56,394 nt of DNA, taken from Planctomycetaceae bacterium. GTDB taxonomy: Bacteria > Planctomycetota > PLA2. Location: the NCBI GenBank assembly GCA_011525755.1, contig WYBS01000066.1, forward strand, positions 1 through 56,394, written 5' to 3'. Within the stretch, counting starts at the first letter, position 1. Every line of letters begins with the position of its first letter. This document shows positions 19,090 through 28,203 of this stretch, piece after piece. The position numbers and the translations under genes are program-made. The notes beneath the pieces were generated by a model. That model was given only the letters and a program-made list of their open reading frames with translations. It searched no databases and was not told the origin of the DNA.

Positions 19090-19413
19090 TCAGCGGAGGA
19101 GGACGGTGGTTCGCACGGGAACGACGCGCGGTGCGTCCGTCTGCGAGGAGGAAGGGGGGGGGCGGCGGGGGCCCCGGGCGGGCTCCGCGCAGCCGACGGA
19201 CGGGAGCGCGAGCTGCACGACGATCCACGGCCCGCCGGCCTCGGTCGGAACGTCCGTGCAGCAGCTGGCGTCGTTGTCGGGACCTTCGTGGTGCTCGTGG
19301 CTGTGCTTCCCGGGCGCCGCAGGGGCGGCGTCCTCGTGCCCGAAGCACACGCGCAGAGGCCAGAGTGCCGTCGCGATGGCAACGAAAAGGCCAAGGGCAG
19401 CCGCGAACCTCAC
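19090..19413 (-). CDS. small His/Cys-rich membrane or secreted protein, putative metal-binding
   Basis: GTG start. Hydrophobic N-terminus (FAAALGLFVAIATALWPL) followed by HEDAAPAAPGKHSHEHHEGPDNDASCC. Position directly upstream of the adaptor gene. Weak. Confidence 0.35.
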   Translation of the reverse strand: MRFAAALGLFVAIATALWPLRVCFGHEDAAPAAPGKHSHEHHEGPDNDASCCTDVPTEAGGPWIVVQLALPSVGCAEPARGPRRPPPSSSQTDAPRVVPVRTTVLLR

Positions 19414-19445
19414 GAACGGCGAGAATACACGGCCACCCCCACCTG

Positions 19446-20135
19446 TCAATGGCGGTTCCGGAACGAGATCCGCCGCGCCTGGACGGAGCCGATCGCGTCC
19501 AGCGCGCGGCGCACGCGCCGGGCGAGGCCCGCGGTCTCCGGGAGCGCCGCACCGCCGATCACGATCCGGTTCTCGTACTCGTCCAGCTCGACCGCGACCG
19601 CGCGCGCGTGGGGCCGGGCGACGGGATCGAGGAGCGCGTCCCACGATGCGCCCGGCTCCGGGAGGACGTTCGTCACCGCGACGCCCCGGGGCGCGAGCCT
19701 TCCGCGGACGAGCGCCGGGAGCGCGTCGAACGACGCCTTCGGCTTGACCGTCGTGCCGGGGCCGGGCACCGACAGGTCCTCGACGATCAGGTCGAAGGGC
19801 TCGCCGCCGCGGGCGAGCCACTGGAGGGCGTCCGCACGCGCGACGCGGACGTCGCCCGCCCACGCGCCCGAGATCCCGCGGAAGAGCGCCTCGCCGGAGG
19901 GGTCGAGGTCGACCGCCTCGATCGGGTGACGGAACCCCATGGCCCGCAGCGGCGCGACGACGCCGCCGCCCGCGAACCCGAGGAGCGCGAGCCGCGGGCC
20001 CGGCGCGAGCGCCGCGACGCACGCGGCGAGGACGTCGAACAGGCAGTGCGTGGGTCCCGGCTGCGCGAGGACCTCGGACAGGATCACGTCGTTCTCGAGG
20101 AGGCGCAGGCCGCGCCGCGTCCGGACGATCCTCAC
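19446..20135 (-). CDS. class I SAM-dependent methyltransferase (spermidine-synthase-like fold)
   Basis: GTG start overlaps the upstream stop (GTGA). 'LALLGFAGGGVVAPL' glycine-rich SAM motif. 'DLIVEDLS' acidic motif. Confidence 0.7.
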   Translation of the reverse strand: MRIVRTRRGLRLLENDVILSEVLAQPGPTHCLFDVLAACVAALAPGPRLALLGFAGGGVVAPLRAMGFRHPIEAVDLDPSGEALFRGISGAWAGDVRVARADALQWLARGGEPFDLIVEDLSVPGPGTTVKPKASFDALPALVRGRLAPRGVAVTNVLPEPGASWDALLDPVARPHARAVAVELDEYENRIVIGGAALPETAGLARRVRRALDAIGSVQARRISFRNRH

Positions 20136-20878
20136 AGGGGCTTCTCGAAGAAGAGCGAGCCGAAGGTGAAGGGCCGCTCCGGGTGCGTGCGCGAGATCGG
20201 GTAGCGGCGGCCGTCGTCCACGAAGTCCCTGTTGCCGAGGAGAGGCAGCGCGATCGCCTGTTTCAGCGCCTCGACGTCCGCGGGCGTCCGCACGGGCGCC
20301 TCCGAGCGCGCGTTCTCGCCATAGTCGAACGTGATCGCGAGCTGGCCGCCGGGCCGCAGGAGCCGCGCCATCGCCGCCGTGACCCTCGCCTGCCCATGCG
20401 GGACGATGTGCTCGATCACGCAGAGGCAGTAGGCGCGGTCGAAGCCCCCCGGAGCCCCCAACGATCCCGCCGGCGGGGACTCGCTCGCGAGGTTCGTCGT
20501 CAGCGCGCGCACGGGGATCTGCGCCCGCGCGGCGGTGCGGTTCGTCTCGTCCACGAGGCCGCTGTCGATGTCGAGGCTCACGACGGAGTGCCCGAGGCTC
20601 GCGAGGTAGAAGACGGGCAGCGTCATCGCGCCGCCCACGTCGAGGATGCGAAGGGGCTCCGGGGACCGGAGGGCGCCGGTGAGCGCGAGCGCCCTGCTGT
20701 ACTCCCACATCTTCTGCGGCCGCACGCGCACGCGGCGCCGGATGCGGCCGTTGACGCCGAGGCGGAACCCGCGCAGGAACCAGCGCCATACGAACCGGCG
20801 CAGCTCGCGGCAGGCGGGCGCGATCGCGGCGTCGCGGAGGTCCTCGTAGGCGAGCGTCTTGTTGAGTGGGTGGGTCAC
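20132..20878 (-). CDS. class I SAM-dependent methyltransferase
   Basis: 'RILDVGGAMTLPVFYLA' motif I. 'VVSLDID' motif II. 'LRPGGQLAITF' motif. Confidence 0.8.
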   Translation of the reverse strand: MTHPLNKTLAYEDLRDAAIAPACRELRRFVWRWFLRGFRLGVNGRIRRRVRVRPQKMWEYSRALALTGALRSPEPLRILDVGGAMTLPVFYLASLGHSVVSLDIDSGLVDETNRTAARAQIPVRALTTNLASESPPAGSLGAPGGFDRAYCLCVIEHIVPHGQARVTAAMARLLRPGGQLAITFDYGENARSEAPVRTPADVEALKQAIALPLLGNRDFVDDGRRYPISRTHPERPFTFGSLFFEKPL

Positions 20879-22860
20879 GTGCGCGGCTTCCTCGGCTTCG
20901 GCGTCCTCGTCTTCCGGGGCGGAGGCGGGATGTCGATTCTCGACGCATCAGCGTAGCGAGGGTAGTCGAGTTTCGGCAGCGACGCCCCCTTCGCGACGCC
21001 CAGCTCGTCCTTCGCGGCGTGGATGAGCCCGCGCAGGTGCGTGAAGACGACGGTCGCGGCGACGCCCATGAGGAAGAGGTTCATCGCGACGTGGCCCGCG
21101 GGCACGAGCGGCTCGAGCAGGAACGCGAGCGGCACGGTCGCGAGCGCGCTCGCGAGGAACCAGGCGTCCGTTCCGGGCCGGCGGACCCTCGGCAGGAACG
21201 CGATCCCCGCGGCGAGGAGCGCGATGAGGAGCCAGATGCGTCGCGGCGCGGGCAGGTCCGGCGGGTCGAGCATCGTCGCCACGAGCGCCGCGCCCATCAC
21301 CGCGGGCGCGACCACCTGGATCGCCGCGATCTCCCGGCGGAAGCGCCTCGCCGAGCGGTCGCGGTCATGCTCGCAGCCGGGCGCGCACCACTTGAGCCGC
21401 GCGAGCTGCCGCCACCAGACGGAGAGGCGCAGGAGCGGCCCGCCGATCCGCACGATCAGGATCAAGGCGACGCCGGCGAGCGCGGTGCCGTGCCAGCTCG
21501 ATGTGTAGAAGCCGTAGGAGAGCGCGAAGTAGGAGAGGAGGAGCAGCGCCGCGGGGAGGAGGCGGTAGGCGTAGAGAAGCGCCCAGCGGTAGGCGCTCGG
21601 GTCGAACCACCTCGGGGGAGCGCCCCCCGCCTTCCCGTCCACGGCGCGCGCGAGGATCCAGGCGAACAGCTCGCGGTCGCCCCAGTAGGCGTTGTGCGCG
21701 ACGCCGGGGACCTTGTAGCGGTTGAAGACGACGTCCTCCACGCGGTCGAAGACCTCGAGCACCGCGGGCGCGGTCGCCGCGACGTCGAGGTTGTGGCCGA
21801 CCGGGTCCTGCTCGTCCGCGTAGTTGAAGTGGCGGATGCGGACGGACTTCCGGAGATCGCGCAGCTCCGGGTCCATCCAGAGGTGCGGCAGGTTGAGGTA
21901 CCGGTAGTTCTGCCACCAGAGGACGAGGTACTTGTCGATGGGGGAGCCGAGCGTGACGAAGGAGTCCACGCGGCGGATCCACGACGTGTCCCGGACGGGA
22001 ACCTTCGGGTCCGTCTTCGCGAGGTCCGCGCTGCTCACGTACTCGGGGAAGGGGAGGTCATGGCCGCCGGGGGAAGGAGTGGCGCGGATGTCCTCGCGCG
22101 CGTGGGCGTAGAGGAGCGCGTCCAACGCCATCACGCTGCCGAGGCTGTGCGCGACGACCGTGTACCGCGGCTTCTCGCCCTCGACCGGGCCGCGGCCGTG
22201 CTTCAGCTCGAACTGGAGCGCGTGCGCGGCCTCGACGCGCGCGAGGAGCCGGTGGAAGCGGCGCACCGCGAGCCCGCGGCAGTGGGAGTACTCGCCGTAG
22301 ATCTGCACGTCGCCGAGGAAGTCGTTGAAGATCTTCGCGCGGAGTGCCTGCGCCTTCGTGCGGAGGATCGTGTCGACACGGAGCGCGAGCTCGCGGATCT
22401 CGCGGACGGTGACGCGCGCCCACGTGGGCGGCGCCTCGTCCGGGCCCGCGCCTCTCGCCTTCTGGTCGAGGCGGGCGAGGAGGCCGTCGGTCCATACGTC
22501 CGGCTCCTGCCCGACGTCGCCGAAGTCCCTCCTGAGCATGTCGGCCCACCAGAGGTCGACGAAGCGGAGGTTCTCGCCGCTCGTGTCGGGTTCGCCGAGG
22601 AAGCGCCCGAGCGCGGGCTCGGGGAGGGCGGGGATCCCCTTGAACTCGAGCCAGGGCCGGAAGTCGTCGGGCTCTTGCAGGTATCGGCACCCTCCCTCGA
22701 CGGTCTCCTTCCCGGTCTGGCCGGTGGCGAGGCCGAGCGTGAGCCCGCCCGCGGCGGCGTGGTCCCTGCGCCGCGCCTCGGCGAACCGGTTGACGACGGC
22801 GAGCACCGTCTCGTTCTTCCGCTGCTCCCCGATCCCGTGCACGACGACGACGTAGCGCAT
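20875..22860 (-). CDS. alpha/beta hydrolase (lipase/esterase-like, GHSLG nucleophile elbow) with a C-terminal multi-TM domain
   Basis: 'VVAHSLGSVMAL' nucleophile elbow. The C-terminal ~230 aa are strongly hydrophobic. The stop overlaps the next gene's ATG. Confidence 0.75.
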   Translation of the reverse strand: MRYVVVVHGIGEQRKNETVLAVVNRFAEARRRDHAAAGGLTLGLATGQTGKETVEGGCRYLQEPDDFRPWLEFKGIPALPEPALGRFLGEPDTSGENLRFVDLWWADMLRRDFGDVGQEPDVWTDGLLARLDQKARGAGPDEAPPTWARVTVREIRELALRVDTILRTKAQALRAKIFNDFLGDVQIYGEYSHCRGLAVRRFHRLLARVEAAHALQFELKHGRGPVEGEKPRYTVVAHSLGSVMALDALLYAHAREDIRATPSPGGHDLPFPEYVSSADLAKTDPKVPVRDTSWIRRVDSFVTLGSPIDKYLVLWWQNYRYLNLPHLWMDPELRDLRKSVRIRHFNYADEQDPVGHNLDVAATAPAVLEVFDRVEDVVFNRYKVPGVAHNAYWGDRELFAWILARAVDGKAGGAPPRWFDPSAYRWALLYAYRLLPAALLLLSYFALSYGFYTSSWHGTALAGVALILIVRIGGPLLRLSVWWRQLARLKWCAPGCEHDRDRSARRFRREIAAIQVVAPAVMGAALVATMLDPPDLPAPRRIWLLIALLAAGIAFLPRVRRPGTDAWFLASALATVPLAFLLEPLVPAGHVAMNLFLMGVAATVVFTHLRGLIHAAKDELGVAKGASLPKLDYPRYADASRIDIPPPPRKTRTPKPRKPRT

Positions 22861-22891
22861 GCCCGCATGGTACTCGGCACAGGGTCGGGCG

Positions 22892-22909
22892 CGCGCAACC
22901 GGTTGCGCG
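22892..22909. promoter_or_regulatory. perfect 18-bp palindrome CGCGCAACCGGTTGCGCG in the divergent promoter region
   Basis: Seen directly, 32 nt upstream of the hydrolase start and 68 nt upstream of the C45 lipoprotein start. Confidence 0.4.
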
Positions 22910-22976
22910 GGAATGGTTTGCGGTGGCGTGATGCGGGTCTGGGGTCCGCGTCGGTGTCCGGTGTAATCTCGACGGG

Positions 22977-24059
22977 ATGGCGTGGCGCTGGTTCCTGCTG
23001 TCCGTGGTCGCGGTCGCTGCGTGCGACGCCAAGCCGAAGGCGGCCCCCGGAGCCCCCTCGCCTGCCGCTCTCGTCGCCGGAAGCATCGAGACCATCGACG
23101 GCATCACCGTCGTCCGGGTGCGCGGCACGCCGAAGGAGATGGGGACCCAGGCGGGAACACTCCTCAAGGAGAAGATCCGGATCCTGCTCAGCGACTACCT
23201 CGGCGCCGTGCTGCCCGGGGACCGGTCGTTCCCGCTGCTCGCGGCGCGGCAGATGGAGGCGCACATCCCCGCGCGATACCGCGAGGAGATGAAGGCGCTC
23301 GCGGACGCCGCGGGCGTGCCGTACGACGACCTGCTCGTCGGCAACGTGATGGTCGAGCTCTTCCAGCAGTGCAGCACTGCGGTCGTCTCCGGCAAGCGCG
23401 CGGAAGGCGGCACGCTGCTCTTCGGGCGCAACCTCGACTTCCCGCCCGAGGGCATCCTCGAGAAGCACTCGGTCGTCATCGACTACGCGCCGGCGGAAGG
23501 GCGACGGTTCGTCGCCGTGACGTGGCCGGGGCTCGTCGGCGTGCTCTCGGGCATGAACCGCGACGGGCTATGCGTCGCGAACCTGCTCGCGGTCTCCGGG
23601 GACCAGTCGCTGGACGGGTGCCCGTACGCGTTCCTGCTGAGGGACGTGATGGAGGGCTCGGGAACCGTGGAGGATGCGCTCGCGATCCTCAAGAGGAGCC
23701 GCCGCACGACGGCCAACTCGATCATGCTCGCGGACGCGAAGGGCGCCGCGGTCGCGGAGACGACGCACGAGAGGATGGCCGTGCGCGAGATCGAGGACGA
23801 CCGCCTCTTCGCGACGAACGACTTCCGCGCGGACGGCGGCGTCCGCTGCGACCGCTACGACAAGCTCGCCGAGCTGGTCGCCGGCGCGAAGGCCCCGCTC
23901 GGCGCGAAGGACATGGAGCGGTTTCTCGACGAGGTCGATCTCGGCGCCATCAACGTCCAGTGCATGGTCTTCATCCCCGAGCGTCGCGAGCTGCGCGTCT
24001 CCCTCGGCCGGATCCCGGCGGCGAAGGGGCCGTTCGTCCCCCTCAGGCCCTGGGAGTGA
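22977..24059 (+). CDS. lipoprotein, peptidase C45 / acyl-CoA:6-APA acyltransferase-like Ntn hydrolase
   Basis: Lipobox VAVAAC. 'LFQQCSTAVV' with a candidate N-terminal nucleophile Cys. Overall AAT/C45-like length. Confidence 0.7.
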   Translation: MAWRWFLLSVVAVAACDAKPKAAPGAPSPAALVAGSIETIDGITVVRVRGTPKEMGTQAGTLLKEKIRILLSDYLGAVLPGDRSFPLLAARQMEAHIPARYREEMKALADAAGVPYDDLLVGNVMVELFQQCSTAVVSGKRAEGGTLLFGRNLDFPPEGILEKHSVVIDYAPAEGRRFVAVTWPGLVGVLSGMNRDGLCVANLLAVSGDQSLDGCPYAFLLRDVMEGSGTVEDALAILKRSRRTTANSIMLADAKGAAVAETTHERMAVREIEDDRLFATNDFRADGGVRCDRYDKLAELVAGAKAPLGAKDMERFLDEVDLGAINVQCMVFIPERRELRVSLGRIPAAKGPFVPLRPWE

Positions 24060-25584
24060 CCGGCAGCGACAGCACGAAGCGCGCGCCGCCGTCCGCGGGC
24101 GCCTCGTGCGCGAGGTCGCCGCCGAGGTCGCGCGCGAGGCCGCGCGAGAGCGCGAGCCCGAGGCCGAGCCCCCGCACCGGGTCCGCCTCGTCCCTCCCCG
24201 CGCGCTCGAACGGCCGGAAGAGCCGCGCCGTCCCCCGGACCCCCTCCCCATGATCCAAGACGGAGATCCGCGCGACGCCGCCGTCGACGGACGCCGCGAC
24301 CTCGATCGCCGACCGTCCGTACTTGCACGCGTTCTCGACGAGATTGAAGAGGACCTGCCCGACCGCCGCGGGGTCCGTGAAGAGCGTCGCCGGGGGCGCC
24401 TCGCCGATCGAGAGCGGAAGCCCCGCTCCCTCCGCGCACCGCCGGAGCGCCGGCGCCGCCTCCTCAAGGAGCGCCGCGAGAGTCACCTGCCGCGGCGAGA
24501 GCCCCGCGCGCCCTTCCTCGAGCCTCGCGTGCGCGATCACGTTCTCGACCATCCGCGCCATGCGCCCCGACTCCTGCCGCAGCGTGTCGTGGTAGAGCGC
24601 GCGCTTCTCCTCCTTCACGAGCCCCTGCGCGAGCAGGTCCGAATAGAGGCGGAACGTCGTCAGCGGCGAGCGCAGCTCGTGCGTGACGAGCGACGCGAAC
24701 CGGCGCTGCCGCACGCCGAAGTCCACGCTCTTCTTCAGGGCGAAGCCGAATCCCGCGACCGCGAGGAGCACCACGGCCCACGTCACGAGAAGCGCCGTGT
24801 GCGTCGCCGTCCAGTCATGAATCGAGGGGGCTCCGGGGGCCGCGGCCTCGAGGACCACGGGCAGCGTGAAGAGGCGGCGGTCGCTCGCCTCCTCGTCCGC
24901 CGCGGGCGCGAGCGCGGCGTCGGGGAAGAGATCGCGGATCTCACCGAGGAGCCGGCCCTCGAGCCTCGGCCAGTCGACGAGGAAGCCCTGGAGGCGGCTC
25001 CCGGCGCGGCGGACGAACACCAGATCGCGTCCCTGCCAGAGCGGCTCGAGGGAGCCCACCGCCGTGTCCTCGCCGGTCTTCTTCGCGTACGCCGCGACCT
25101 GCGCGCGCTGCTGCCACGCGTCGTCCTCCTTGAGCTGCCGGATCGCGACCGTCTGCGCCTCCGCCTCCTTCAGCCGCCCCGCGACATCGCCCTCGCCGAC
25201 GAGCCCCTGGATCTCGTTCAGCACGTTGCAGTTCATCATCAGCGTCTCGGCGGGGACCTTGTCGTTGACCTGCGGGGAGGTGAAGGTCCCGAGGGCGTCC
25301 ACCTGGAAGTGGAGCCGGATGAAGTCGGGCTTCTCGATCGGCGTCGCGTAGGCCTCGGGCGGCCGCTCGGCCTCGCGCCGGAGCATCTCGGAGAAGGCGC
25401 GGTCGAGGCGCCAAAGCGAGATCCGTAATTTTTTCTGGTACGCGGCCGCGTGCTTCGCCGCGGTCTCGCCGCGCTCGAGGTCGATCATCTTCCGGCTGAT
25501 CGCGGCCATGACGAGGAGGACCGCCGCGACGCCCAGCGCGAAGGCGATCCAGAGCTTCCTGCCCCCCGGCCCCCCCCGCTTCAT
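24043..25584 (-). CDS. sensor histidine kinase
   Basis: Two TM segments flanking a periplasmic domain. H-box 'LVTHELRSPLTT'. N/G boxes 'LFNLVENACKYG', 'DHGEGV', 'GLGLGLALS'. Confidence 0.85.
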   Translation of the reverse strand: MKRGGPGGRKLWIAFALGVAAVLLVMAAISRKMIDLERGETAAKHAAAYQKKLRISLWRLDRAFSEMLRREAERPPEAYATPIEKPDFIRLHFQVDALGTFTSPQVNDKVPAETLMMNCNVLNEIQGLVGEGDVAGRLKEAEAQTVAIRQLKEDDAWQQRAQVAAYAKKTGEDTAVGSLEPLWQGRDLVFVRRAGSRLQGFLVDWPRLEGRLLGEIRDLFPDAALAPAADEEASDRRLFTLPVVLEAAAPGAPSIHDWTATHTALLVTWAVVLLAVAGFGFALKKSVDFGVRQRRFASLVTHELRSPLTTFRLYSDLLAQGLVKEEKRALYHDTLRQESGRMARMVENVIAHARLEEGRAGLSPRQVTLAALLEEAAPALRRCAEGAGLPLSIGEAPPATLFTDPAAVGQVLFNLVENACKYGRSAIEVAASVDGGVARISVLDHGEGVRGTARLFRPFERAGRDEADPVRGLGLGLALSRGLARDLGGDLAHEAPADGGARFVLSLPVTPRA

Positions 25585-26246
25585 AGGAGCATGTAGCCTT
25601 GCCCGCGCACGGTCTTCAACGCCTCGCCCCCGATCTTCTCGCGCAGGCGGGCGATGTGCATGTCGATCGTGCGCGTGGTGATGCCGTGCGGGTCGAGGCC
25701 CCACACGCGCTGGAGGATCTCGTCCCGCGAGACCGGGTGGCCGCGCGCGGAGGCGAGGTAGCGGAGGAGTTCCGCCTCGCGCTGGGAGAGCTCGTGCGTC
25801 TCGCCGTCGCGCGTGACCTCGCGGCGCTCGAGGTCGACGCGGCAGCCGGCGATCTCGACGGTGCCGCTCAGCTTCGGGCGCTCGGCGGATCGGCGGAGGA
25901 CGGCCCCGACGCGCGCGAGGAGCTCGGACGCGCTGAAGGGCTTCACGACGTAGTCGTCGGCGCCGCCCTTGAGCCCCTTGACGCGGTCCTCCTCGGAGCC
26001 GCGCGCGGTGAGCATGATGACCGGGAGCGCGGGCCGCGCGCGGCGGAGCTCCTCGAGGACCAGGAAGCCGTCGCGCTTCGGCAGCATGATGTCCAGGAGC
26101 ACGAGGTCGGGCTCGCGCGCGGTGCCCTCCCGGATCGCGGACTCGCCGTCCGCGCTCTCGATGGCGCGGTAGCCGGACGCCTCGAGCGCGTCGACGACGC
26201 CTCGCCGGATCGCCGGATCATCCTCGACCACGAGCACGGTTCGCAT
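25581..26246 (-). CDS. OmpR-family response regulator
   Basis: Receiver domain 'VLVVEDDPAIRR…DLVLLDIMLP'. Winged-helix C-terminus 'LTQREAELLRYL…RTIDMHIARLREKI'. The stop overlaps the kinase start. Confidence 0.85.
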   Translation of the reverse strand: MRTVLVVEDDPAIRRGVVDALEASGYRAIESADGESAIREGTAREPDLVLLDIMLPKRDGFLVLEELRRARPALPVIMLTARGSEEDRVKGLKGGADDYVVKPFSASELLARVGAVLRRSAERPKLSGTVEIAGCRVDLERREVTRDGETHELSQREAELLRYLASARGHPVSRDEILQRVWGLDPHGITTRTIDMHIARLREKIGGEALKTVRGQGYMLL

Positions 26247-26373
26247 GGAGGAAGCATAGCGCATCCCTTGCGCCACGTTGTGCGCGCGAACCCCTGCCGG
26301 ATCGCGCTTTGTGGCGTCCGGATGCGGCATTGCGGTCCGCAGCGCGGTCGTAACTCGTGGGTAAACAGCCGAC

Positions 26374-27942
26374 TCAGCGGGCGGGTGGCGGCTTCTGCAC
26401 CGTGACCGTCTCGCGATCTCCGGGCTTCAGCGTGAAGGCGCGCTCTGTCACGATGTCGGTTCCGCGGCGCACGAGGAACCTCCAAGGGCCGGGCGGCAGC
26501 TGCTCCAAGGTCGTTTCTCTCTGCACGAGGAAAAACGACCGTGCCCGGAACCGGCGGGGCACTTCCCAGATCGCGGTCACGACCCAGTCGAGGCCCGCGG
26601 GCTTCTCGGGGAGCTCGACGCAAAGCGACGCGCAGCGGGGCATGGTGACCTCCACGCGCACGCTTCCTTCCCGGGGAACATCGACACCGAAACTCCGCAT
26701 GTCCGGCAGTCCGGCCGAGGCCGGCCAGACATGCACCGTCCACGATCCCGGCGGCAGCCCTACGTCGTGGTGGCCTGTGGGCGAGGGGCGCGTATGGAAT
26801 CCGCCGACCGCCGTGCGCCCGGCGCGGTGGAACGCGACCGCGAGCGCGTCCCGCACCAGGGTGCCGTCGTCGTACATGACCTCCAGCCGCACGTTGGCGA
26901 GCCGTGGCGTCATGAGCCCGAGCGCGAGCGCCACGTTCTTGCGATCCGCCGTGAACGAACGGTCCATGCGGAAGTGCTCGTACCCGATTGCAGCCGCCTC
27001 GACGTTCACCCACGGGGTCAAGTGCGGGTCCATCCCGACGTGACCGTACCGCTGGTTAATGTGGCGATCTTTCCACTCGACGAAGTGATCCCAGAACGCG
27101 CGCTCGTTCGCGCCTTCTGGAAGCGGCGCCACCCTGACGACGGCGCGGGGAAGCGGCTCCTCGGTCTCGATGTCAACGATGACGTAGGCCCCGCGCGACC
27201 GCTCGCGACCGTGCAGGACTACGTCCGTCGTTCCCGACCAGACCTCGGACTGCGGGTGGATCATCCACGGGCCGTGCCCGGCGAACAGCCGGTGAGGCCC
27301 GCGGGCGTGACCGAGAAAGACGAACCTGCCGCTGTCGTCGGTGACGGCCGTGTCGCCCGATCCGTGGATGACGTCGCTGAGGATCCACTGCTCCAATCCG
27401 GCGTCGGGTCGGACGAGATCGGCTATCCCGCCGGAGGGGATGCTCCACACCTCCACGCCTCGCACGGGTTGCCCACCTTGGTCCACCACCCTGCCCTCGA
27501 TACGGCTGCTGTGCGCAAACAGGCGGAAGTCCAGCGCGATCTCTTCAAGAGGACCTACGCGTTGACCGAGCACGCGCGCGGGCATGAGACCAAGGGCGTC
27601 CGGCGGCTCGGCCGTCACGTCCAAGTGGTAGGCCTCGCCGAACTCCGGGAGGCGGACGAGATAGCGGCCGTCGGATCGAGTGACGGCTCTGGCGTGCTGG
27701 TCACTCGTGCCCACGAACCGCGCAACGACTGCCACGCCGCCCACCGGTCCTTCGGGCCCGCACACCACGCCGTGCAGCAGCGGGGAATCCGGGGCGACGG
27801 TTGCGGTAGCCTGCGCCCCAGCCCGCGACGGCGCGCCCCACGTGCTCGTCGAGGTAGAACCTAACGCTTGCCACGGCCCGCCCGGCGCTTCACCTTCCGG
27901 GCGAGGGGCGAGGAGGTGCGCTTCCTCACCGAAGCGATCCAC
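26374..27942 (-). CDS. hypothetical protein with carboxypeptidase-regulatory-like domains (paralogue of 977-3796 and 31112-32920)
   Basis: 'SDGRYLVRLPEFGEAYHLDVTA' and 'DDSGRFVFLG' repeat strands. No signal peptide at the annotated N-terminus, so the true start is uncertain. Confidence 0.5.
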   Translation of the reverse strand: MDRFGEEAHLLAPRPEGEAPGGPWQALGSTSTSTWGAPSRAGAQATATVAPDSPLLHGVVCGPEGPVGGVAVVARFVGTSDQHARAVTRSDGRYLVRLPEFGEAYHLDVTAEPPDALGLMPARVLGQRVGPLEEIALDFRLFAHSSRIEGRVVDQGGQPVRGVEVWSIPSGGIADLVRPDAGLEQWILSDVIHGSGDTAVTDDSGRFVFLGHARGPHRLFAGHGPWMIHPQSEVWSGTTDVVLHGRERSRGAYVIVDIETEEPLPRAVVRVAPLPEGANERAFWDHFVEWKDRHINQRYGHVGMDPHLTPWVNVEAAAIGYEHFRMDRSFTADRKNVALALGLMTPRLANVRLEVMYDDGTLVRDALAVAFHRAGRTAVGGFHTRPSPTGHHDVGLPPGSWTVHVWPASAGLPDMRSFGVDVPREGSVRVEVTMPRCASLCVELPEKPAGLDWVVTAIWEVPRRFRARSFFLVQRETTLEQLPPGPWRFLVRRGTDIVTERAFTLKPGDRETVTVQKPPPAR

Positions 27943-28184
27943 GACTCGTCCGCGGCGATAGCACGGTCGATCTCGTCGCGATGGTCGAAGTAGTAGGCCA
28001 GCGCCGCGTGGACGTCGGCCAAGGAGAGGTCATGCTCCGCGGCGATCTCGTCGGGCGTGAGGCCCAACCGTTCGTGCCAGATCGCGATGTTCTGGACCGT
28101 GATCCGGCGTCCGGAAACGCGGGGGCGGCCCCCGGCGATCCCAGGAGTGATCTCGATGTGGGCTGCGAGCTTGTCAGACGCCAC
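27861..28184 (-). CDS. DUF433 domain protein (antitoxin-like)
   Basis: 'GIAGGRPRVSGRRITVQNIAIWHERLGLTPDEIAAEHDLSLADVHAALAYY' matches the DUF433 consensus. The C-terminal basic tail overlaps the next ORF. Confidence 0.7.
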   Translation of the reverse strand: MASDKLAAHIEITPGIAGGRPRVSGRRITVQNIAIWHERLGLTPDEIAAEHDLSLADVHAALAYYFDHRDEIDRAIAADESWIASVRKRTSSPLARKVKRRAGRGKR

Positions 28185-28203
28185 TTCGTTCCTCGGAGCA
28201 CCA

